Source of the DNA: Candidatus Thorarchaeota archaeon | GTDB taxonomy: Archaea; Asgardarchaeota; Thorarchaeia; Thorarchaeales; Thorarchaeaceae | Assembly: GCA_029858305.1 (NCBI GenBank) | Contig: JAOUFI010000056.1 | Span: 1 to 13,728 of the forward strand | Direction of reading: 5' to 3' | DNA length: 13,728 nt | Shown: positions 7,753-13,728 of the stretch, piece by piece | Position numbering within the stretch: position 1 is the first letter of the stretch | How the letters are laid out: every line of letters starts with the position of its first letter | Position numbers and translations under genes: made by a program | The notes under the pieces: generated by a model | What the model was told of the DNA's origin: nothing | Databases searched by the model: none | The model's input: only the letters and a program-made list of their open reading frames with translations

Positions 7753-8600
7753 TTCGTGGCGTTTATGTACTCGGCGAACAAGAAAACATGATCTATTCAA
7801 AGGAATATGCAAGAAGTGATACTAGAGCCAATCTTGTTGAGTTTCTAGTAAATCTTACACATTATTTGAATACCGTAGATCTAGAAGAAAAGACTGAATT
7901 CATGAATGTTGCAGGCTCTAGAATATTCTATTCACAAAGAGAACCATTTACTTTCATGTTCGTTGCAGATAAGGCCGATGATGTTACTCAAATAGAGGAG
8001 AAGATGGGGCAACTTTCAGATTCTTTTATGAGGGATTATTCGAATCTTGCACTAGCAAATCAATCCTTGGCTGGTTTTGATGAAAAAGTAGACGAAATTG
8101 CAGTCACTATGGTCAAAGTGGCAATTCTTGGTTTCGCAGGTGTAGGCAAAACAACAACACTTCATCTTTTGAGAGGTGAAACACTTCCTCTTATCCACGA
8201 TCCAACAATTGGTGTAAGTATTAAGAAATTGCCTGAGGAAGTTGAGAATGCGAACATCGTCCTTTGGGATTTGGCAGGACAATCTAGATTCAGCATATTA
8301 TGGGCAAAAATGATTGCCAATGCACAGGTCGTAGTGATTGTAACTGACAGCACTTTAGAAAACGTACTAAGGAGTAAGAAACTCGTATCCTTAGTTAAGG
8401 ATGAAGTTCCTGATGCTAAAGTCATTGGTATCGCCAATAAACAGGATCTTCCAACAGCTCTGACTCCAGAACGTGTTGGGCAGATTCTGGGAGTTCCAAC
8501 CTATGAATTGGTGGCAATTGATATTTCTTATAGAGACCGTCTGATTCAGATCATTAGGAGAGCAATTCTCGAAGGTAAGGCAGAGGCAAAGAGTGCTTAA
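7749..8600 (+). CDS. Longin domain fused to an Arf-like small GTPase
   Basis: G1 GFAGVGKTT, G2 PTIG, G3 WDLAGQ followed by SRFSILW, G4 ANKQDLP; G5 is degenerate (ELVAID). aa 1-118 resemble sigma-adaptin/sedlin-type longin domains (MIRGVYVLGEQENMIYSKEY ... FDEKVDEI). Overlaps the upstream gene by ATGA. Confidence 0.9.
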   Translation: MIRGVYVLGEQENMIYSKEYARSDTRANLVEFLVNLTHYLNTVDLEEKTEFMNVAGSRIFYSQREPFTFMFVADKADDVTQIEEKMGQLSDSFMRDYSNLALANQSLAGFDEKVDEIAVTMVKVAILGFAGVGKTTTLHLLRGETLPLIHDPTIGVSIKKLPEEVENANIVLWDLAGQSRFSILWAKMIANAQVVVIVTDSTLENVLRSKKLVSLVKDEVPDAKVIGIANKQDLPTALTPERVGQILGVPTYELVAIDISYRDRLIQIIRRAILEGKAEAKSA

Positions 8601-8707
8601 TGCTGTTCCAATTTCGCATCTGACACCTGATAACATGCATAATCAAATGTAATCTTGATAGATACATAGCAAAAACATGGATATTTGGCTGGTATATGCA
8701 TCAAGGC

Positions 8708-8717
8708 AAAGGTTAAG
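8708..8717 (+). promoter_or_regulatory. Putative BRE/TATA (AAAGGTTAAG)
   Basis: 50 nt upstream of ATG 8768; identical to 6154-6163. Confidence 0.45.
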
Positions 8718-8767
8718 AATCAAACACATAGAATATCCGTATTAGGCGACCATAGGTGACCAAAAAA

Positions 8768-9340
8768 ATGTCATTTGATATATCCGCCATTATGGAGAAG
8801 TTAAAGGAAATAGAAGACTTTGCCGAAAACGTGGCTGAGACAAAGAAGCTCGCAGATACGTTGGCGGAGAACTTCGCGAAGATGAAGATGAGCATTAATC
8901 AAACAATTAATGACAGCTTCACAGAGATAGCCAATCAGATTGAAGCTCTGAGGCAGAATATGGAGAAGATGGAGAGCGTTAAAACAGAAGCCCCAAAAGT
9001 TGACACTCCGGCTCCAGCTCCAAAACCGGAACCTAAACCGGAGGTCAAGCCGACTCCAGCTCCAGCGTCCCAGCCAATTGCCAAGCCTGTGCATAAGCCA
9101 CAACCAGTGGCAATTCCGGAGCCCGAGCCAGAGCCAGTTCAAGAAGAGGCTGTAACTTCCGAAGGTGGCGACCAGCTTGATTTTCTGCTACAGCAGAAGG
9201 ATAGACTCAAAGCTCAACTGACAGATCTTCGATTTGATTACATGCGAGGATACATTCCTGAAGATGAGTACAAATCAAAAGAAACAGATCTTGATGCACA
9301 ACTCGAAGATTTGGACAAACAAATTGCCGCTTTGAAATAG
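8768..9340 (+). CDS. Hypothetical protein: N-terminal coiled coil, Pro/Glu-rich linker, C-terminal SHOCT-like helical hairpin
   Basis: ATG 8768 has a strong SD AGGTGA (8754-8759) 8 nt upstream; the track's GTG at 8756 is part of that SD. PAPAPKPEPKPE linker; C-terminal LTDLRFDYMRGYIPEDEYKSKETDL. Confidence 0.85.
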   Translation: MSFDISAIMEKLKEIEDFAENVAETKKLADTLAENFAKMKMSINQTINDSFTEIANQIEALRQNMEKMESVKTEAPKVDTPAPAPKPEPKPEVKPTPAPASQPIAKPVHKPQPVAIPEPEPEPVQEEAVTSEGGDQLDFLLQQKDRLKAQLTDLRFDYMRGYIPEDEYKSKETDLDAQLEDLDKQIAALK

Positions 9341-9371
9341 ACAAGAAATTCCACAAATAAACAACATTTGA

Positions 9372-9436
9372 TGGCTCTTACTCGGAAAATTCTAGTTCTT
9401 CAAAAACCGAGTAGAGAGCCACAATTATTCTTTTTT
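9372..9436. terminator. Inverted repeat followed by a T-tract between convergent genes; putative terminator or RNA stem
   Basis: TGGCTCTTACTCGG (9372-9385) pairs with CCGAGTA-G-AGAGCCA (9407-9421): a 14-bp stem with one bulge and a 21-nt loop. TTTTTT follows at 9431-9436. Confidence 0.55.
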
Positions 9437-9499
9437 GTATTATCTAATTTATCCAAGTGATCTAATAGATATTCCATTATTGATGAGTTGCCCTCGCGG

Positions 9500-10381
9500 T
9501 TACTCTGCTTTCTTCTTTGGAGTTTCCTTCTTGGGCTTCTCTTCCTTCTTTGCAGCTGCCTTCTTGGGAGCTTCCTTCTTGGGCTTCTCTTCCTTCTTTG
9601 CGGCTGCCTTCTTGGGAGTTTCCTTCTTGGGCTTCTCTTCCTTCTTTGCAGCTGCCTTCTTGGGAGCTTCCTTCTTGGGCTTCTCTTCCTTCTTTGTACC
9701 TGCCTTCTTTGGAGCTTCCTTCTTAGGCTTCTCTTCCTTCTTTGTACCTGCCTTCTTTGGAGCTTCCTTCTTAGGTTTCTCTTCCTTCTTTGCGGCTGCC
9801 TCTCTTGGAGCTTCTTTCTTCGAATCAGCTACCTTAGCTACGACTGCCTTGGGTGGTTCAAAAACAACTTCAGGACCACGCATTGGAGCTCCTTCAAGAG
9901 GCTCAACTATAATCTCAGGTTTGGTGTCCTTCCGCTCTTTCTTCTCACCTGCTTCTCTTCGTTTCCAAGCAAGTTTACTTGGCTTAACTGCTCCAGGTGT
10001 ACCAGCTGCTGATAGAGCTAAATCCATCTCTTCAGTAATAACTGGTTCTGCACTGACCGATGAAGCAACCTCTTCGAGCGCGTCAGAGATCATTACTGGC
10101 ACGCCAATTTCTCGCTTACGGATTTCGGCTGGTGTGGTGTACACAACAAAACCACTCTCTCGCACATAGGGAATTACGTCGCCTTTGGCTTCTTTCTCTC
10201 TTAATATCCTACGAGCGACACTCATCCTGATGTTGAACCGATTGGCAAGATCGTAGCAAGTTACTGACCTAGCTTTGCCTAGATACTCATCAATTCCTGT
10301 TAGTACATCGGGTTTTGGAACTGCGTCGCGGATTATTTTCTCGGTCTTGGTGGCTGATTTGCCCCACTTCTTCTTACTGAT
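9500..10381 (-). CDS. rps25e: Small-subunit ribosomal protein eS25 with a long C-terminal extension; apparent non-canonical ATC start
   Basis: The frame is open 52 codons upstream of the track's ATG 10225: (I/M)SKKKWGKSATKTEKIIRDAVPKPDVLTGIDEYLGKARSVTCYDLANRFNIRMSVARRILREKEAKGDVIPYVRESGFVVYTT. This matches the eS25 KKKW.K motif and its winged helix (S.AR..LRE...KG....VYT). AGGAG lies at 10396-10392. Confidence 0.85.
   Translation of the reverse strand: MSKKKWGKSATKTEKIIRDAVPKPDVLTGIDEYLGKARSVTCYDLANRFNIRMSVARRILREKEAKGDVIPYVRESGFVVYTTPAEIRKREIGVPVMISDALEEVASSVSAEPVITEEMDLALSAAGTPGAVKPSKLAWKRREAGEKKERKDTKPEIIVEPLEGAPMRGPEVVFEPPKAVVAKVADSKKEAPREAAAKKEEKPKKEAPKKAGTKKEEKPKKEAPKKAGTKKEEKPKKEAPKKAAAKKEEKPKKETPKKAAAKKEEKPKKEAPKKAAAKKEEKPKKETPKKKAE
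9503..9790 (-). repeat. Six tandem 48-bp coding repeats (KKEEKPKKE[A/T]PKKA[AA/GT]; last copy ends KKKAE)
   Basis: Directly readable in both DNA and protein; a degenerate partial copy (KKEAPREAAA) lies at 9791-9820. Confidence 0.95.
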
Positions 10382-10438
10382 AGTAATTACTCTCCTAGAT
10401 ACAGATAACTAGGTCGAAGCGAAAAATCGGAGTTTGAC

Positions 10439-10446
10439 TTTTAAAG
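10439..10446. promoter_or_regulatory. TATA box with a palindromic TTTAAA core between the divergent eS25 and peptidase genes
   Basis: TTTTAAAG in the 85-nt divergent gap, readable as a TATA box on either strand. Confidence 0.45.
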
Positions 10447-10466
10447 ATGCTCATTAGTCAGTCTTT

Positions 10467-11144
10467 ATGAACAAGGAAGACAAGAATATGAACAGGATGG
10501 GAATTCTTTCCTCATTGATTCAACAGCTTGTGGACGTGGCATATCCTGAGCTTAAAGGAATAGACATCATTTCACGATGGGGTAGAATTTCATGTTTTGC
10601 TACAGTGAGCTGGATTTCTAATAAGAAGAATATAACAATCACATGTAATAATCAAGCAAAGAAATGGCATGAAGCGGCACTAATCGGATTACTTTCTCAT
10701 GAGCTTAGCCATCTAACGCAAATGGCTTCTGGCAGAGTGGAAAACAAAACAGATATCGATGCTATTAGAAGAGGACTGGGAATATATCTTGCGATAGAAC
10801 GTATAATGACAGGTAAGTATGAAGATTATACAATACGTCATGGAAATGACATGTATCTCGGATACAGATCGGTTCGGTCATATCTTAACGAAGAAGAGCT
10901 AATGCATTTGGATGCGCTTTTACAAGAGATGCGATTGATACCTCAGAGTAATAAAAGCCTCAAATTGCCTTATCATGATTTAATCATCACCATAACCGAT
11001 AGAATGACTGAATTCACAATTGATGGTCACAAATTTGTCATAGAAGGCGAGATTAAGGAATCACAAGTAGAGATAATCACAAGAGATGGGATATCATATG
11101 TGTTTCTTCATGGACAGGAGATTGGCAAGTATGAAGCATTGTAG
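10467..11144 (+). CDS. Putative zincin-like metallopeptidase (HExxH)
   Basis: GLLSHELSH preceded by a beta-strand (ITIT) and followed by E..TD..AI.RG, a gluzincin-like third-ligand helix; beta-rich C-terminal domain. The start could be 10467, 10488 or 10497. Confidence 0.7.
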   Translation: MNKEDKNMNRMGILSSLIQQLVDVAYPELKGIDIISRWGRISCFATVSWISNKKNITITCNNQAKKWHEAALIGLLSHELSHLTQMASGRVENKTDIDAIRRGLGIYLAIERIMTGKYEDYTIRHGNDMYLGYRSVRSYLNEEELMHLDALLQEMRLIPQSNKSLKLPYHDLIITITDRMTEFTIDGHKFVIEGEIKESQVEIITRDGISYVFLHGQEIGKYEAL

Positions 11145-11146
11145 AA

Positions 11147-12442
11147 TTAATCACAACTCTTGATATCGACACGTGGTTTGATTTGTAGTTTCTGTTGCAA
11201 GGTGACTTCGCTATTTGGAGGTATATCGTCCTTTATCACGCATCCGGCAGATATCATACTGTTCTCCCCAATTCGAGTAGCTGGATGTATTGATGCATTA
11301 ACTCCAATGACAACATTATCTCCTATTATTGCCCCAAATTTGCGCTGGGGTACTTGCACCTTTTCATCCTTACTCACTAAGAAAAGTGGTTCCCCGCCTG
11401 GTCGCCAATTCCATAGTTGAACCCCTGCCTCAATGCATGTATCGGCACCAATGATGGAGTCAGCTAGATAGGTCATTCGTCCCACGTTCACACGTTCGAA
11501 AACCATACTATTACGCATTTCAACAGCGTATCCTATTCGTACTCCATCACATAGACTGCTATAGTCGCGAATAAGTGAATTATTACCAATATAGACACGC
11601 TTCCCAACATATATTGGACCGCTTAGAGTTGTATTAGGTCGAACGATGACTCCTTCATCGATGAAGACAGAACCTTCAATTACAACACTTGAGTGGATTT
11701 CAGCAGATTCTGCAATGAAGCATCCCTTTCCTCGAAGTTGTCTGTCCATTACAATTCGGTTTGCGTTCAATATATCCCAAGGCCATGTAAATTCAGCCCA
11801 CTCTTTCTCCCAAACAGCGGCGGAAACTTTCTGCCCCATTCCAATCAATTCTTCAAAGGACTTTTCCATCTTACCATATTTCTCAAGAAGGGAAAGAATT
11901 TGGCGATTGAAGACAGATACTCCCGCTACGGCATAATTGCTGACATATCTGTCGGGACCACCCTTCTCAACCAGCTTCTCAACAACACCATTCGGACCAA
12001 TCTTGACTGTACCAAATTGCTCAGGGTTTGATACCAGAGTGACCAACATTGTGACATCTGATTCAGTTGTTTCGTGATTCTTTAGAGTTCTAGTGACCAT
12101 ATCAGGATCGACAAGAACATCACCGTTGACAAGGAGAAACTCATCTTCAGACTCTAATTCTTCTTTTGCAGTGAGAATAGCGTGTTCAGCACCCTCTTGT
12201 TTGTGCTGAATCACATATCTAATCCTAACACCTTCATCGCCACCCATCTGGAAATGGTCAATCAATTCCTCACGTCCATGCCCAACGACCATGATGATAT
12301 CATGAATACCATTTGCTACGAGACTGTCGATGATGTACTGTAGAACAGGTCTTCCTGCAATCATCAACATCGATTTTGAGCGATGTGTTGTCAGCGGTCT
12401 TAACCGCTGACCTTCTCCGGCAGTAAGCACGAGCGCTTTCAT
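11147..12442 (-). CDS. Sugar-1-phosphate nucleotidylyltransferase with a left-handed beta-helix (archaeal GlmU-like bifunctional enzyme)
   Basis: MKALVLTAGEGQRLRPLT...K signature, LVNGD, FGTV, VEK, PWDIL, hexapeptide repeats, YLADSIIG and KFGAIIGD. The true start is ATG 12442; the track's 12556 start overlaps alaX. Substrate cannot be determined from sequence. Confidence 0.9.
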   Translation of the reverse strand: MKALVLTAGEGQRLRPLTTHRSKSMLMIAGRPVLQYIIDSLVANGIHDIIMVVGHGREELIDHFQMGGDEGVRIRYVIQHKQEGAEHAILTAKEELESEDEFLLVNGDVLVDPDMVTRTLKNHETTESDVTMLVTLVSNPEQFGTVKIGPNGVVEKLVEKGGPDRYVSNYAVAGVSVFNRQILSLLEKYGKMEKSFEELIGMGQKVSAAVWEKEWAEFTWPWDILNANRIVMDRQLRGKGCFIAESAEIHSSVVIEGSVFIDEGVIVRPNTTLSGPIYVGKRVYIGNNSLIRDYSSLCDGVRIGYAVEMRNSMVFERVNVGRMTYLADSIIGADTCIEAGVQLWNWRPGGEPLFLVSKDEKVQVPQRKFGAIIGDNVVIGVNASIHPATRIGENSMISAGCVIKDDIPPNSEVTLQQKLQIKPRVDIKSCD

Positions 12443-12512
12443 TATGCTCACACTACATTTGTTCTGTGTGATGATGCATAAAACTGTTGGTCCTGTACTG
12501 AAATTGTACCAA

Positions 12513-13238
12513 TCAAGGCGTAAGTAGCTTGAAATATATCCGGCGTTTTCCTGCACCTACATTCTTGGATTTACCAATCTGGATCCCACCAATCTCTTTA
12601 GTATTTGCAACATGTGTTCCAGCACAGGATGCTACATCATAATCACCGATTATTAACACACGAAATTCCTTTACAGATTTGGGGACCATCTCTAGATACC
12701 GTATTTGATATCCTCGCTTCTCTAGATATGAGATTGCCTCCTTGCGAGGCATGAACCGGACTTCAACATCAATGTTCTGTTGAATAATCTTGTTTACGCC
12801 CTCCTCTACCTTCCTCTTCATCGAATCATCAAATGACTCAAGGGGCGAATAATCTGCCCGACTCTCTCCGGGAGTGATGTTGTTGCCAACTGTTTCGAGA
12901 CCATAGTTCAACTGCAGATATCGAGAGAGAATGTGCTGAGCCGTATGAAAGCGCATGCACTCATATCTTGATTTCCAATCAATCTCACCATGTACTGAAG
13001 TTCCTATTGCAAATGGTTCCCCATCTAGTTTATGACGTATTTCGCCCTCTTCTTTCCTGACTCCTACTACAGGAACAACGCGTGAGCCATCTGTGAGCGT
13101 TCCGATATCACTAGACTGGCCACCACCCTCGGGATAGAATGCCGTATGATCAAGCACGACAAAGTCAAGACTAGATGAAATAACTCGGGCATCAAAGGTC
13201 TGCAGATAATTATCTTTCATATGTAGAAGGTCGGTCAT
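12513..13238 (-). CDS. alaX: Alanyl-tRNA editing protein AlaX-M
   Basis: LDHTAFYPEGGGQSSDIG, MRFHTAQH (HxxxH), CAGTHVANTKEIG (CxGxH); 241 aa fits the medium class; AGGAGG SD at 13255-13250. Confidence 0.95.
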   Translation of the reverse strand: MTDLLHMKDNYLQTFDARVISSSLDFVVLDHTAFYPEGGGQSSDIGTLTDGSRVVPVVGVRKEEGEIRHKLDGEPFAIGTSVHGEIDWKSRYECMRFHTAQHILSRYLQLNYGLETVGNNITPGESRADYSPLESFDDSMKRKVEEGVNKIIQQNIDVEVRFMPRKEAISYLEKRGYQIRYLEMVPKSVKEFRVLIIGDYDVASCAGTHVANTKEIGGIQIGKSKNVGAGKRRIYFKLLTP

Positions 13239-13253
13239 TCTGAGAATGTCCTC

Positions 13254-13728
13254 CTAAACATTCTCAAATTCAGCCATTTTTTTCCACTCATGAACAGCGA
13301 GTGTTTTTGCTTTATCCAATTCTTCCCCTATGAGGTTTACTTCCTTGGAATCCGCAGTGGCATCGATAATATTTCGTACGTCAGCTTCATCTTCCACTTC
13401 CATTAAACCAGCAAGTATTGCGCTTATTGTGTCGTCAGTGACACCACGATCCTTGAGAAATCGTGCCAGAGGCGTATAGGAAACTGGAATATTCCCACTA
13501 TCCTTGGAGGGTGCAAGATCAATCGCATTCATCTTTGATTCGAATATCTGTGTGATTATCTCTTGTCTTGATCTTACAGGAGGTACTGAAAGCTCCTTTC
13601 CTTTCTCTGTTTCACTAATCATCTTCCGAATCTGTTTCATCATAGGACCCTTGAAAGATGCTTGTTTGGTCTTTGATGGTTTGGCCTTTGCAGTTTTGAT
13701 CTTAGGTGCTTTTTCTTTAGGTCGTCGA
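13254..13728 (-). CDS. Hypothetical protein, 5' end likely outside the window
   Basis: The frame stays open upstream of the track's ATG 13643 to the window edge (RRPKEKAPKIKTAKAKPSKTKQASFKGP-MMKQ...). The helical acidic C-terminus ends in a stop that overlaps the alaX SD. Confidence 0.75.
   Translation of the reverse strand, partial: RRPKEKAPKIKTAKAKPSKTKQASFKGPMMKQIRKMISETEKGKELSVPPVRSRQEIITQIFESKMNAIDLAPSKDSGNIPVSYTPLARFLKDRGVTDDTISAILAGLMEVEDEADVRNIIDATADSKEVNLIGEELDKAKTLAVHEWKKMAEFENV

Noticed and set aside
6822-9142. Minus-strand ORFs at 6822, 8052, 8162, 8391, 8713 and 8801
   Set aside because: Antisense shadows; the Trp/Arg-rich one mirrors the Pro-rich linker.
9503-9790. Possible CRISPR array
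   Set aside because: Contiguous in-frame 48-bp units with no unique spacers and no cas genes.
9435-10169. Plus-strand Phe/Leu/Ser-rich repetitive ORFs resembling membrane proteins
   Set aside because: Stop-free antisense readings of the Lys/Glu repeats in the eS25 tail.
11160-12031. Three plus-strand ORFs
   Set aside because: Antisense to the nucleotidyltransferase.
12443-12556. 38-aa N-terminal extension of the nucleotidyltransferase
   Set aside because: Overlaps the end of alaX; the family signature begins at MKALVLTAG (12442).

Overview
A gene-dense archaeal chromosomal segment, almost certainly from an Asgard archaeon. This is inferred from the co-occurrence of archaeal GluRS, AlaX-M, a GlmU-like enzyme and eS25 with eukaryotic-signature-like genes; the exact lineage cannot be fixed from sequence alone. 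Housekeeping genes flank a central block (about 2.9-9.3 kb). That block holds a YdjM-like membrane metal-dependent hydrolase, a 780-aa protein ending in a complete Vps22/Snf8 (EAP30, ESCRT-II)-like domain, and a frameshifted multi-zinc-finger gene. It also holds a translationally coupled pair (longin/uDENN-like + two winged helices; longin fused to an Arf-like small GTPase) and a coiled-coil/Pro-rich protein. The ORF track misses or mis-starts several genes. The ribosomal eS25 gene has no ATG/GTG/TTG before its conserved N-terminus (apparent ATC start) and carries a ~210-aa tail ending in six 48-bp Lys-rich repeats. Partial ORFs run off both window edges. No rRNA, tRNA, CRISPR array or mobile element was seen. 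All domain calls are by motif recognition, not database searches.
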